Of a stretch of DNA of 64,000 nucleotides, positions 12,136 to 26,429 are shown in pieces (position 1 is the first letter of the stretch; every line of letters begins with the position of its first letter). Made by a program: the position numbers and the translations under genes. This DNA comes from Octopus sinensis. Taxonomy: Eukaryota. Location of the stretch: contig NC_043004.1 in assembly GCF_006345805.1 (NCBI RefSeq), positions 4,774,001 to 4,838,000 of the forward strand, read 5' to 3'. Under the pieces are notes generated by a model that was not told the DNA's origin, did not search any database, and saw only the letters and a program-made list of their open reading frames with translations.

Positions 12136-15100
12136 TATATGTATGTGGACCTGCACACATACAGTATTGATCTTATATCTACACACACACACAGACACAC
12201 AGACAGAGTTTAAGCTTCTCTTGGCATGCTTGTATTGTTTGTTTATCTTTTGGAGTCAGTGATATTTATTCATTTTTTCTTTTTTTCTTCATTTTCATGT
12301 TCAGATAGATTTCATGTGCCTGCAAATTTATTCATTTTACTTGAATATATGGTTATCAATAATTTATTGCTCTATATATTTTAATTGTTGGCTGGATAGA
12401 GTGAAGTGAAGGAAAGTAGCTTAATATATCTTGCCCAGGGGAAACACTTCATTGCTTGTAGTAAGTTTCAATCCATAGTTTTCAGCGTATATTATACTAC
12501 AGCATGTTTACTCTTTCACCCCTTACTTTCTAATATGGTAAATAGCTTGCTCATTCTCTGCCAGATTTTTTGCTCTACTCTGAAGCTTAATTTAATTTTT
12601 GACTGCTTTGCTAGAATGGCAAGCATAATCTTTTCACTAAGATATTTATGTCTGATTAATTTCTGATCCAGTGGCTAGCTTATTGGTTTGTTGCTTATGG
12701 CGAATTCAGGTAATGGACCTTCTTGGTAAGTCGATAAAACTATGCCAACTTACTTATCTCCTTCCTCTTCATTATGTTGATCTGGTTACAAACTGTTTAG
12801 AATCTTTTGCATGTAACATCGGTTTAAATTGTTTTTAGTTAATAGTATAATATCTCTTACGATACTGTTCCATTCATGTCCAACTGGCAGAAAGAGCTTC
12901 ATGTTTAATTCTTTATATCAAGCTAGAATTTCTAATTGTTATTGGTGAGAGCCTTGATGTCTGCATGGTTTCACATGGCTGTTGTTAGCCTGTCAGGCAA
13001 TATGAACACTGGGGAAGAGGTAATTTAGTTATTCATTTTCCAGTCTTTATATCCAAGCAGCATTCACCAATAACAACAATGCCATTTCATTTAAGAAAAG
13101 CTAAGCATATGTAAACTAGGCTTGTGATATTTATTGATGCTGCTGATATTTGGATTATTCTTACTGTTATTAATTCTATTAACATCTGATATTGTGATTA
13201 ATTTTGTTTTTCAGCAGCAACTACTGACTGAAGTTTGTGTAATATTTTAAAACTACCCGATTTTTATTTCCCTGACAGTAATTAATAGAATTGTTTTGTT
13301 TTTGTAATCCATATTGTTTGAGAAAGTTATCTCCTGATGTTTTCATTTATATATTTATATATATACATATATATGTATATATGTATAGTCATACTATCTA
13401 TCATTCATGGAGATTCCATTTATTGCCAATGTTTATTTTAGAGGTGTGTGTGTGAAAGAAAGAGAGATAGTATATTCAGTGTTACTTAAATATTATTCCT
13501 TCTTTCCATACAAGTATTATTTCTATAATAATAATAATAATAATAATTTTGATAATGAATGATATAACAATTCTTTTGGTAGTGTTCTGATGTTATGGGT
13601 GACATGTTCTTCAGAAGCTGCTTTCATAAAAAAACATTTAAGCAATAATCATAGATTTACTGTTCTTTTACAATAAAACCATGCAAGTGATTTTTTTTTC
13701 TTTTTGAAAATTAATTTTATTTAAAAATAAAAACAAAAGCACAAGCCTTTTATTAGAAACTATATTCTTGTGACCTATAATAGTCAGCATAGAAAACTAA
13801 AATAAACTATTGGAATTCAGTTTGAAAAGACTGCTATTGTCTTAGCTATTTTTTCTTGTCTTCTTTTCAATTCTAAGCTTCTCATCTGCCATAATGTTGA
13901 CATTTGTTAGATACAAAAAAAAAACACAGAAAAAAGAAAACAACAAACAAACAAACAAACAAAAGAGATGAAAACAAAAGAAAATTTTCTTTCATAGGGA
14001 AATGAATGAAAGAAGTAAAATAAAGAGTGGAATCAACTCACAGAAAGCGGAAGTACATTATATGCTAGCATATTCCACTATCAGTTTGATTAGTGCTTAT
14101 TGACCAAGATTTGGTAGCTTTACTAGCTGGCTGCTTCACCAACAGCTATTGCAGTCTTCTTTCCTTTCTTTGTCATCTCCTACTACTGCTACACAAGTGA
14201 GTAGAACATCAGCTGCCATTCTTGCGCTGAGCTCCCTCATCTTGCTTCTCTATCTCTCATGACTCACAACATATTCTTCTCTATGAAGCCTTGTTGCGGC
14301 AGCAAATTCTTTTTTAATTCTTCATTTTTGGAGTTAATTCTTTATTATGATAACCAGTGTATCACCATCCCTTGTCAACCCCCCTTTCTAATGTAGCGAT
14401 GAAAAGGGGTAAGTGCATCTATTGAAGTCTGTTTGAGAGTGTGTGTGTGTGCGTGTGTGTATGCTGCAAGTGCTGTGTTGCTTGTTTCCAGTCTGCTGCT
14501 ATGAGAGTAGAACTGAACAACAGCACCAACTACAAGACAGATCAATAAACACATTTATTTCATAATTGGTTTTTCATTTATCTAAAACTTTAAAAAATAT
14601 ATTTAGTGTTATTATTTTTTTCGATATTTATTTAATAAAGTAAAAGGTAATGCTTGCTATCGAGAGGGCTCATCAAATTTATAAATTGATATTTTGAGGT
14701 TTTAGATTTTTTTTTTTTTTTGCTTGAAAATAATAATGACAAAAGCTTGTACGTTACGGCTGCACTGTGACATTTCAATCAGTTAGTATTTATGACATTT
14801 TTTTTTACTTTTTAAGAAAAAATAAATAAGAAAAAATTAATTTATCACATAAAGAAATAGTTTTGAAAGATATATAAATTCTAAACTAATTTTTATGGTT
14901 GCTGGATCTGAACGGCATTTAGCTGGAGTAGCATTGTATGATAAAACATGTGGTTGTTGTCTAGCGGCAGACTGAGAAATCTGATTTTTTTTTATTTAAT
15001 GTCTCCAACTTCCTATTCATTGTCTGTAGACATGACCGTGATAAATTGCAGCTTCAGAAATCACCTTTCATCACTTCACTTATTGTCAAGCACGTCTTTC

Positions 15101-17415
15101 ATGTCACCGAAAACTCTGTCTTTGGATTAATTTGTTCTGTATTTCTGAAAATAATGTTTGTAAATGCTTCTCTATGTCTTTAACTATAGTCATTTAAAAG
15201 CCTTGTGACAGATACAAATATAATAAATATAAAGTTTTAATTCTTTTTTTTTTTTTTGAATGCCATGAGTATTGTATACAATAAGTTCATTATATATGAA
15301 TGTGTAGATGATTTTTCACAAGTAAGCACTATTAAGTGCCTCACCTGACTAACTGCTTAACATGTACCCTGTCTAAAATGGCATTTTTTGCTGCCTTAAA
15401 AAATTTTGTCTATTTTTTTTAACCTAAAAACTAAAATTGTTTCAAATAGTCTCTAAGGTGTGAAATGTTTGCAAATATAAGCCTAACTAATCATCTATGT
15501 ATTTTTAATTAGAATTTTTTTCATCTTTTTTTCTTGTTATTCCTTGCCATTTCACTTCTACCAAAATTGTCAATTTACAAAGGAGTTTTTCAAAGTTATT
15601 GTAAAGAATATTTATATTAGAGAAACACCAGTGTTGGTCTCTTAACACTGATATTATCCAAACTAGAATATTACTCCTGGTACCTATATATTTTCTCTGT
15701 ATAAGTGCTAATTATCTACATGTTTATGTAGTGCGATCCATCTCAAATAATGAATAATGTTGTCTGAAAGAAGAGTATTAACGACTGCAAGATTTAATTG
15801 GTTGAACTTAAGTGAACTTTAAAATTAATGGCAAAATTGAAAGCATCAATTTTGTTATAACTCACTAGTTTTCCTCTCATCGTCATTAACATCTTTAAAA
15901 ACTTTTACCTTAGTTACCTTCAAATAATAAATTTTCAAGTAAATATATTTTTTTCTGTTTCTCAGCTTTAACTTTTATATTTTAGGACTTAAACCTAAAT
16001 ACTTACCAATTGGCATTAGGGTTGTGTATTACTCTTGTCCAGCTCACATTATTAATATGTGGGAAAATGCCGTTTTCAAGAACACATTGTGCCATTGTTT
16101 CGAATCCACTTCTATTGAATGCAATCTGTATATACCTTGATTGTTACAACTAAAAGTGGCTATAATAATTCTCGTGCTATTTCCAGACAAGAGCTTGTCT
16201 GGAAGACATATAGTGTGTGTTGGGGGTGCGGTGTGGTGTGAAGCTTTAGATTCCATATCCTTCGCATAGCTATTTTTACCATCTTATTTTTTTTCCCCTG
16301 CCTGTCATGCTTATCCCTCAGACTTTTAAATTTGGTTCTTACTAAGAAGTGCTCATTCAGCATAGTTTTGTTTATTGTTAATATGCCCCAGGTCGTCTCT
16401 AATTGAGCAAACATATAAACAAGGATCATTCTTGTCATTCTCCCTGGCTTTGCTTATCTAATAGCTCCTTTCTTTCTGAGATAGTACAGGTGTTATTGGA
16501 GGGAGATTTGGTTGCTTTTCTAGTAAATTGTGTAACCAATAGATACTCCAATGACAAACTGTAACCGTGGCCTAATTTGTTTGACCTATCTGATGTCAAT
16601 TTGACCTGTTGTAGAAGAAAAAAAAAGTTATTACAAGTAGAAGAAAATAAAACTGTATGGTATAGTACTCTGCTATCTTCCATTTTTATACATAGACAGT
16701 CTGGTTCTAAAATAAGAGCTGTTTACAGATGAATACAGGGAAACTAGCAAAATATATTCATCAAAATATCATCATCTCATCAGTATATCTGAAATATATC
16801 TTTATTAATCAATTTGTTCTTTATTAGATATGGGCTTAGTGGAAACCTAGTATAAATCACAAGATCTATTGAATTTGTCTGTGTTTTTTTTTTTTTTTTA
16901 AATATAAATTAATTATTCAATTAACAATAGTTTTTAGTAAATTTCAGAAATAAGAACACTTCATAAGTGTTAAAAAAAAAAAAAAGGAATTATACCATGC
17001 ATAATACTGTAAAGATACAAATTAGGAAAAAAAAGAAGAAAAAAAGAAAAAAGAAAGAAAAAGCCTCACCAAAACATACCTTTTTGGCCTAGATATTGCT
17101 GTTATTGTCAGACAGGGAGGGGAAGGGTACCATATTTTAACAGCTTGCTTCAGCAATCACATTGACAAATGTTGTAGTGTGTTAGGGTTCTTTTGTTGTT
17201 TGTAGCTGTGTTCTTTTGTTGTTGTTTTAAGCTTTCATTCTTTGTTTTATGCTTTATTTTTATTATTTATTTATTTTATTTTTTTTGTTACTAAGCTTTC
17301 ATTCTCTGAACTTTCCATTATAAAACAATAACAAACATAATTGCAGTGAGATAAAGGTGTGTGAAGGTTTTTAGAAGAGTCTGTGTATGTGTGTGTGCAT
17401 GTGTATATAAGTTAA

Positions 17416-17474
<59 letters not shown>

Positions 17475-19647
17475 TGATATATATTTTTGTATATCAACAA
17501 TTGAGGGTAAAATTAATTAATTAATCAATTTTTGTATATATATTTTTGTCTATCTATGTATTCATACATACACCCACACACCTTGTTTGTTTAATGTTGT
17601 CTTTTTTCTTCTTCCGTGCTAACACAGGTTGGACTATATAATGTATATATTCAGCCAGAGACAGCATTATTGATCATTGAAAATAATGAAAATAAATATT
17701 GTCTTCATCTGCATGTGTATATTAATTAATCAATGTATCTTTCTATGTGTGTGTGTGTACAACAAAGTAGTATAAGGTGAACAAGACTTTTACGCAGATT
17801 CTATAAACTTTTGGAAGAGTGAAAAGAGATGAATGGTGAGAATGCTAGACTCGTGGATCTGCTGTAAGATCTTCATTGTCACTGGGCAGGTTGTTATTGT
17901 TTAACCACAGGAAGACATGTAACCAAAGGCTTTTCAGCTTTTCATCTTCTTTCTTAAGTGTGAGGAACTCAGAACCATGTTATCTAAGTTGTCCTTTTCT
18001 TTTTGTAAAGATAGTAGCATCAGATTTGAGGGAGATTTGGCTGCTATTTCTAGCAAACTTAGCAACCATGTAGCTGCTCCCACATTGTGTACCTTGAATC
18101 ACCTAGATGTGAATTATAAGTACTAGAATTTCTATAGAAATGTTACTTGCAAATTACTTGTGTCTTATTTGTGGAGGTTGTTTGTCTCATATCTATTAAA
18201 TAGAACTCTGGAGTTAGCAAAAGGATAGCAGATGACATAAGTTTCAAAGTTGGGGTGCATTTTGCAAAATAATTTCATCTGGAAGTGTGGTGTGACTGGC
18301 AAAATTTTGAAATTGAAATGCTTTAATTCTGCTGTAACTTGTAATTCTGTTCTAAACTTTGAAGGCAAATTAAATTAGTGATGAAATTCAATTTGGTTTC
18401 AAGCTAAACTTTGTTTTAGGTTCTTTGTTCAAGTCCTCCTACCACTGCTGATAATAATTTCATGTTGATTATTTTAATTCATTAGCAGTCATTATTTTGA
18501 GAATGTTCTGTGAAGACTGGGCTATTTAATTTAACTACAGGTTCCCGAGTAATCATGAACAGATGTAGACACTTTCTTGGCCTTTCCACTCATGATCCAG
18601 TCGATCAATGAGAATGTGACAACTTGTGAGAGAGGGTTGGGCTGACTGTATCCAATACATGGCAGGTATTCATTTGCAGCTGAGTCAACTTGAGCAATGT
18701 GAAATGAAGTGTCTTGCTTAAGGTATTGCTGTGTCCAGCAGTTGAACCTATGACTTTTATGGCTTTGTTGGAAGTGGAATGATAGCACCCATGACTCCCT
18801 TTTGTAGGGGCTCCCAGACAGAGGTGTGGGGAAGAGAAGAAGAAACCTCAATTCATGAGTTATTCTCAGATTGGAAACCTAGTCTGAATGCCTGCTGAGT
18901 GGACTTGGTTAAAGCTACTCTAGAGCTAGTTGATGAATTGGGTTTATCATCCAAGAACATACTATCTTTCTGACAGGTTTCTTCGTAGTTTCTCTTCATC
19001 CAGATTTAATCACTAGTTTTGGGACAATCCAAAGCTTTGGGCAAAATACTTGGGGTGAGGTACCAAGCAATGGGACCAACATCGGAATCACATTATTACA
19101 GAGTAAACTTCTTAAATATCTGATCATGGTTATGTCCATAGGTTTGGTTGTAAATTTTACTTTATAAAATTTAGATGTTTGGTTGTACATATCTCTGCAA
19201 AATACAGATTTTCATCTCTTCAGTCTTTCCTTAATTACATTAAGCTTCAAATGAATTTGTTAAATTACTTACTAATCATATTTTTCTAATATTAGATAAT
19301 ATTTTTATTGCCCAAGAATTTTTGAAGCTGTGTATGTGTCTAGTACTATATCACTTAATCAGTGGGAAGGGTCTCTCTAGACTGTTGGAGGGGAGGAAGT
19401 TATCTTCAGACTAAAGGCTTAGCCTCAGATGCTTGCAACTAAATAAACTCTGCTAAAGACACCAAGTTGTAATATTGCTCTGTTGAATACCGTTACCCAT
19501 GTGTATGTATGTATGTATGTATGTTATTTGCTTAAAAAGTAAAGTTTCCTATCATTGTTAATCCAACCTTCTCATTTGGTGATCCTTCAAGTTTATAGAA
19601 TTGCCAATCATAAAGCTCAGAGTAACAATGAAATTGAACTTACTTAA

Positions 19648-19866
19648 CCCTTTCGTTATCAACCCGGCTGAAACCGGCTCTGGCTCTTTAGTATAAATGT
19701 CTTGTTTTCAAAAGTTTTGAATTAAAATCTTCCACCAAATCGTCATCACAATTTATGTTCCTAACACTAGCTGAATGATAACTAAGTTATTTTACTAAAT
19801 TCTGTTATATTTAAAATAATTGAAAGAAACACAGAGCATCTCAAAATAAATTCAGTAATGAGAAGG
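19648..19866. mobile_element. piggyBac-type MITE (CCCTTTCGTTA family)
   Basis: TTAA at 19644-19647 and 19867-19870; TIRs CCCTTTCGTTAT and GTAATGAGAAGG. Confidence 0.75.
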
Positions 19867-20845
19867 TTAACAGTATGTATTGAGTACTATATTCCTCTTC
19901 CATTTACATATATATTGTTGTATATATATATATATATATGTATGTATTATACATCCACATATGTATTTAGTTATGTATCTATCTGCCTATCCATTTATCT
20001 ATATGTGTGTATGTTATATTCCAGTTTGTAGTATTGTTTCTACAGTACTCTGCAGTGTTCTAATATTGTACTGTTGTGTATTATTCGACTGTTATATTCC
20101 AATATTGTAGTACTAATTTACTACAGCACTGTGTTATATTTTGATATTGTAGTGTTGCTTACTAAAGTGCTGGAATTCACTATGATTTTTTTCTGTCCTG
20201 GATATATATCCCACTTCAGTACAGGTTTATCCCTTTATCCATATTGATGCATCCGATAAGTAGAAGTTGCTCCAATCATTGCATTGCTCAGTCTTACATT
20301 GGAGGTCTATCATCATTAACCGGGACTCTTTACCCATCACAAAGAAGCTAGCAAAAGAAAGTGGAATCTGAACTCAGAACACAATAACCCAATGCAGATA
20401 CTTTAATACTTCTCATCTGCTGCTCTGACAACACTGCCAGTCCCCTGCTCTGTACTGGTGTTACTGGTATTGTATTAACACTGAAAGAGTGAAAGGCAAA
20501 GTTGGCCTTGATGGGTTTGGTATACAGTGTATAGAGAATCAGAGAAAATACTACAAAACATTGTCTGACCCTAATGACTCTGCAAATCCACTGCCATGAT
20601 ATTTACTACAGTGCTGTGTTTATATTATGATACTATGTAGTATTCCCACACTATGTTGTATAACAAATATTGACTTATTTATATACACAACTAGAGTTTG
20701 TTTATTAATGTTTTTTTAAATTTTTTTGCATGCGGGGAAGATGTGTAGCTAGAAGGAAAATACAAATAACTTAATGACAGACTGTCACTGGTACCTATTT
20801 TAATTAATTCAGAATTAAGAGGTACCAAAGCTTGGATACTGTAAA

Positions 20846-20930
20846 ACATGTAAACCAGCTGTCTCAACTCTAACATGTATTCCAGCTGTATCAACTCCAA
20901 AATGTAATCCAGCTGTCTCAATTCCAACTT
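20846..20930. repeat. Three-copy 27-bp minisatellite followed by (TAG)n(TAA)n
   Basis: ccagctgt.tcaa.tc at 20855, 20882 and 20909. Confidence 0.85.
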
Positions 20931-22960
20931 ATAGTAGTAGTAGTAGTAGTAGTAGTAGTAATAATAATTATAATAAAATGATAATATTGATGATAATCCT
21001 TTTTGTTGATCCTGAGAGCCCATATTCACAAAACAAAAGGGGTTACAAAACATTGGTATGTATTTATAGATACATAGATTATATATATATATATATATAT
21101 ATAAAGAGCAAGCGAGAGGGAGAGAGAGATGCATGCATTTGGTAGTACAAACAGGATAACTAGAATTCAAAACAAAAGTTTATATGTTTTTATTATTTTC
21201 AATTTGTAGAAATTTACAACAAAGTGACTCAAGTGGTGAGAGTTTCGTTCCTGATACTTATCAAACTCATAAGTGCTGTGCTTGAAACTGTCAATCCTTG
21301 AATCACTTTGTAAATTCTTCTGATTAAAAAAAAAAAATACATATGTATTAGAGAGAAAGAGATATATTAAAACATTGAAAATTATGTACTGAAATTAAGC
21401 AAAAGTGCAAATAAGGATAACTTATAAAGGTAAGAGACTGCTTCTAAGTAAGGATCAGAGCACTCCTTGCCAGATCACCTCCCACTCTTATCAGCTTCTC
21501 CAAGTTGTATGATCTTAGCTGAGCCATGAAGAGCTTTGCAAACCATGGATCATGATCTACAGCTGAGTGGTCATGATCCCTCAGTTGTAGATAGGTCAGT
21601 GATGTGGACTTTAACAACTGTCTGTTACCTAGGGTGCCTAATACTCATCCAGTTAGCAATGCATTTCATTCATTCTCTTTTAGGATCAGTATCAAATCAA
21701 GTTGGTTAGTGTTCTTTAGAATTTCTGTAAAGTTTAGTATCAACTAAACGGGGTTGATACTTCTTCATCAGGTCTTCCATTCTATTGTTTCTCTTTTATC
21801 TGGGTTCGCCTACTTTTTTTTTCCTGTTTTTCTTTCTGTCTTTGTTTCCTAAACTTCTTTATTTTCACTCTCCTCCCCATTGTTATAAAATGGTGGTGGG
21901 TGGCGCTGCTACTCAGTTCCAAGACATGCTTTTTGTTTTGAGAAAGGAAACTGTTGAGATATTTCTGGAACCAGATTACTAAAGATGATTATAACAATCT
22001 TTCCTTTTGAATTCTTAAAATAAGAACAATAATACTAAAAACAATAACAACAGTATTAATAAAATATTGATAACAATAATAGTGATTAATAGTTTGATAA
22101 TTGTAAACAAATTGACGTTGAAATAACAACCAGCAACCAGTTCCTTTAATAATTCCGTATTAATTCAGAAAAGGGAAATAACAAAAAAGAAAAGAAGAGA
22201 CCCAGAAAGAAAGGGATTTCCCTTGCTTGTCTTGCTGTCATCTTGTTTTATTTTAGTGTCAGTGTGACACAGCTTTCCGACAGGTTTATGCTCTACTGCA
22301 GTGCTGAATAGCTGCTAATGAAGAGATTCCTGCTTTCTTTTGGCTGTCTTCTTTGGTTTGTTTTCTTCTTCCACCTTTTCTTTTTCTTTTTTCTTTATTT
22401 TAAATTTAAGATGATCTTCCTTTCTTCAGTTCCTATGTTAAATTGAAAGTCTGTCTAAAACACTGGTTTGCGTTTATTTTGTTTACTAATCTTCTGTGAC
22501 ATTCTGGAAAGATCCGTCACTAGATATCGTTTTTACATAATTGGTTGAAGTCGAGGTGTGAATGGCAAGATGTGACATCGTATGTGTCTCAATAATTATG
22601 TGGATCGGTGTATATCATCGTTAAAATTATCAACTGTGGATATACAAATCACTGTAATGATTTTTCTAACTTAAAAAAAAAAGAAAGAAAAAGAAAAATT
22701 CAAATTAAATCATGATAAAAAAAAAAATTAATTTTGGTATCAAGATTACATCTGTTGCTATTAATTATTTAATTAACCCACTGACCATTTCCAATGCCAG
22801 TGCCTGAATGGACACAGATTTTATATATTGTTGACAGGAGATTCAGCTGTTATTGTGCTGCTGGACATCTGTCACTGAGGAACCCATTAGCAGGGTGAAA
22901 TTATGTGGCCTGGCAGTTCTGGTGGCCTTGGCAGATGATTCTTGTCTGTCACTGATATAA

Positions 22961-23186
22961 TTTTGAGTACTTTTATGCATCATGAGTCCTTATGAGAGAT
23001 TCTCTCAACGTAAATAATACAATATCCCATGTTCTAACACAACCTACACATTAAGTTGGAGATCACGATTATCTTTTGAGTACTTTTATGCATCATGAGT
23101 CCTTATGAGAGATTCTCTCAACGTAAATAATACAGTATCCCATGTTCTAACACAACCTACACATTAAGTTGGAGATCACGATTATC
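22961..23186. repeat. Tandem duplication, 2 x 113 bp, one mismatch seen
   Basis: ttttgagtacttttatgcatc...gatcacgattatc starts at 22961 and 23074; the only difference seen is atacaatatc versus atacagtatc. Confidence 0.95.
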
Positions 23187-23837
23187 TTTTAGTTCCAACA
23201 CTTCTATGTAAGTGTGTGTGCGTGCGCTCACATGCGTGTATGCATGTATGTGTGCATGTGAGGTGTTTTATTCAGCCCTTGAAAGGAAAAAAGGGTGAAA
23301 TCTACTTTAGCAGGAAAATTTTAATCCGTAAAGCAAAGAGCAGTTATTTGATTGAGTTGGTAGAATGTCTCTTTACTTTCTGAGTTCAAATTCCACCCAG
23401 CTCCTCTCTGTTTTCCTCTTTCCTCCAATTAATGAAATATCAGGGGATGGAAGTGGGTGGCTAATTGTATTCAACTGAACCTTTAATGACTGTGCCCCAG
23501 CATAGCTCACTATTCAATAAAAGGAGAGGTTAGCTAAATAAAGGGGTTTCTTTCTGGTGTTGTAGTGTTTGTGTTATGTAGCAACCTAATAACATGACTG
23601 ATGATGATGATAGTAATAATAATAATAATAGTAATAACAATGGCAACAGTAATAATAATAATGCCTGAGATGTGTGTAGAGCAAAAAATATTGTAATTCT
23701 CTTAGATATTTAAGTTTATATAGACAAGAGAAAAAATGCAGATTTCCTAGATATCATTATTCTTTTATCTCACTCATTCGACTGTAGTCATACTGGAGCA
23801 CCACCTTGCAGTGTTTATACACACACACACACACACA

Positions 23838-24262
23838 GCAGGTATGGCTGTGTTGTTAAGAAGCTTGTTTCCCGACCATGTGGTCTTGAGTTCAGTCTCA
23901 CTGCATGGCACCTTGATCAAGTGTTTTCTGCTCGAAGCCTAGGCTGATCAAAGCCTTGTGATTGGATTTCGTAGACAGAAACTGAAAGAGGCGTATGTGT
24001 GTGTGTCTGTGCCCTTGTCTAGGCATCATATGACAGTTGTAAATGAGCATCATTGTCATGCATGCAGGGTTATTTTTGTTCCTGTTTCTAGTCTTCTGTG
24101 ATAAAACATGTCTGGTCATGGGGAAATATTACCTTGCTTGGAAACAGGTGAAGGTTTGTGACAGAAAGGGAATCTGGCTATAGAAAATCTGCCTCAATAA
24201 ATTTAGTCTAACCCATGCAAGCATGAAAAGCGAATGTTAAATGATGGTGTTGATAATGATGA
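23838..24262 (+). mobile_element. tRNA-headed CORE-like SINE, (GAT)n-tail subfamily
   Basis: Head gg.atggctgtg..gttaagaagc, B-box-like gagttcagtc, CORE-like gcaccttg..caagtg, internal (TG)n, tail cccatgcaagcatg...ttaaatgatg. Confidence 0.8.
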
Positions 24263-24737
24263 TATATTCCAAGTTATACTACAACAAATGCTAACATTCT
24301 AGAATGTTAGTATTTCTTGTTATTTATCTCAGATTAGATAAGCAGATGGGATGATCAAAAGCATTTCTAGTAAGACCTTGCATCTTTCTTCTGGATACTA
24401 TGTATCTAGGGCTACACTATTTCATGTGTTGCTGTTGTTTAACCTCAGATCAACCCTCATCAAGCAGACATGACCAAAGATGTTTCCACTACAAACATCC
24501 TGTCTTTGCTCCCAAACACTGTGTATGATACCCAATGAGCATTTTTTTTTTGTAAGATAGTAAAATATGATTTGGGGAAGATTTGGCTAATTTTTCTCGC
24601 TGTAGGGTGTGTTCGCTTGACAAATGCATCTTTTTTTTTCTTTTTTAAAAAAAAATATCATAAGGTAGCCTTTGAGGGAGAGTTCACTGCTGTTTTTAAT
24701 TGGTTTGATACCCCTTGTAGAAACTCCTTCATTGACT

Positions 24738-25143
24738 TACTCTTTTACTTGTTTCAGTCATTTGACTGTGGCCATGCTGGAGCACTGCCTTTAGTTGAGC
24801 AAATCGACCCTAGGACTTATTCTTTGGAAGCCTAGTACTTATTCTATGGGTATCTTTTGCTGAACTGCTAAGTTACAGGGACATAAACACACCACCATTG
24901 TTGTCAAGCGATGTTAGGAGACAAACACAGACACACAAGCATATACACACACACATATATACACATATATATACATATATACGACGAGCTTCTTTCAGTT
25001 TCTGTCTACCAAATCCACTCACAAGGCTTTGGTCGGCCAGAGGCTATAGCAGAAGACACTTACCCAAGGTGCCATGCAGTGGGACTGAACCCGGAATCAA
25101 GTGGTTGGTAAGCAAGCTACTTACCACACACACAGCCACTCCT
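24738..25143 (-). mobile_element. tRNA-headed CORE-like SINE, ctgaaacaagtaaaagag-tail subfamily
   Basis: Reverse complement of ggagtggctgtgtg...ggtaagtagcttg...gggttcagtcccactgcatggcaccttgggtaagtgtc; near-identical layout to 47092-47496. Confidence 0.85.
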
Positions 25144-26429
25144 AAAAATTCAGAATTATTCGTAAATGAAATGGTGTTTAAAATTGGAAAATATGAAGCC
25201 ATGTTTTGGAAGGTGAAGATACTAGTATACTATAGGGAGAATAATGTAGTTTTCAAAAACCTATATATCAGTTACATTAAAAAGTTGTGTTGACTTGAAT
25301 TTCATAGACCTGCAATGCAGTATCATTTTTGTGGCGTGTTACTAGGTCATCTTATCTGCCAAGTTTAATCTTTAGATCTAACCACTTTATACCTGTCTAC
25401 TTTTAGTCTAACTCTACTTTTCATACTTACTACCATTAAAGGAACTTTCTTATTTTTATCAACAGGCACAGCTGTATAGTTAAAAAATATGCTTTGCGAT
25501 CATGTGATTAGGGGTTTGATGCCTCTGTGCGGCACTGTGGTTAAATGCATTCTACTGTAAACTTGAACCTAACAAAGAGGCCTGTGAGTGAGATTTAGTG
25601 GATGGAGACTGTTTGGAAGCCTATCTCAATGTGTGCGTGCGGATGTGTTGTATTTATTGTGGTGGCAAAATCAGTATGTTTAACAGTAATGTGATAATTG
25701 GTTACATTCCGATTATGTCTAATTACACTTGCTTTGTTTAGCTGTCTTAGCTTATAAGGATGATAAACTAAGTGCCAAAATATAGCACCGGGCTGATTAT
25801 AATAAACTAAAGCCGTTGAAACTGATACCACCGCATAGCTGCAGTTCAATGACTACAACCATAAACTACACCTCATCCAGTTTGCACAACCTTGACCAGT
25901 GCAAGCTTTTCTCCTTTGGATGTGTGCTGTGTGTGTGTCTCTCTCTCACATACACACACCAATGTTAGGTTTTCTTGTTCCTGCAAGTTAGCATTATACT
26001 TCCATAGTAACTTTACTAATGTGTTTCTCTCTCCAATGCTTATTTATTGAATCACCTGTAATTCACTCAATGTCACATTACCATACAGTAACGCACTTCT
26101 TATGCATACTTAGCCTAATAAAAAACAAGAAAGCAGGCCTGCTTTTTTTTTTTTTTTGTATATGGAGGGTAGACTGTGAGCAATAGAGAAATAGAAACCC
26201 TTTGTTGTGAACAAAGGTAACATTACTTAAAGCTCTTTTATTCATAAAAGACAGTTTGAAATGATAAAATTCGTCTTTTAACCACTGGTCATGGACTCCT
26301 GTGTCAATAGTAGTTAGGTAGGCAACACTAAATAATATAGATGTGGTTATCCTCGCCATTGTCGTCGCCGTCCTCCTCCTCCTCATCATCATCATCATTA
26401 TCATTATTATTATTATTATTACTATTGCT

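Noticed and set aside
12697-12731. ATG plus phase-1 donor candidates (MANS, MDLL); likewise 17826 (MN) and 35676 (MLLL)
   Set aside because: Such matches are expected by chance in 40 kb of AT-rich DNA and have no independent support; mentioned only as a caveat to the 14399 candidate.
12400-12900. Minus-strand frame with few stops, possibly a decayed LINE ORF
   Set aside because: About 5 stops in about 150 codons and no convincing motif; not supportable without a profile search.
16044-16683. Three adjacent minus-strand ORFs (70-92 aa), vaguely retroelement-like (RRIWNLK)
   Set aside because: Similarity is limited to a few residues; no RT or endonuclease motifs in order.
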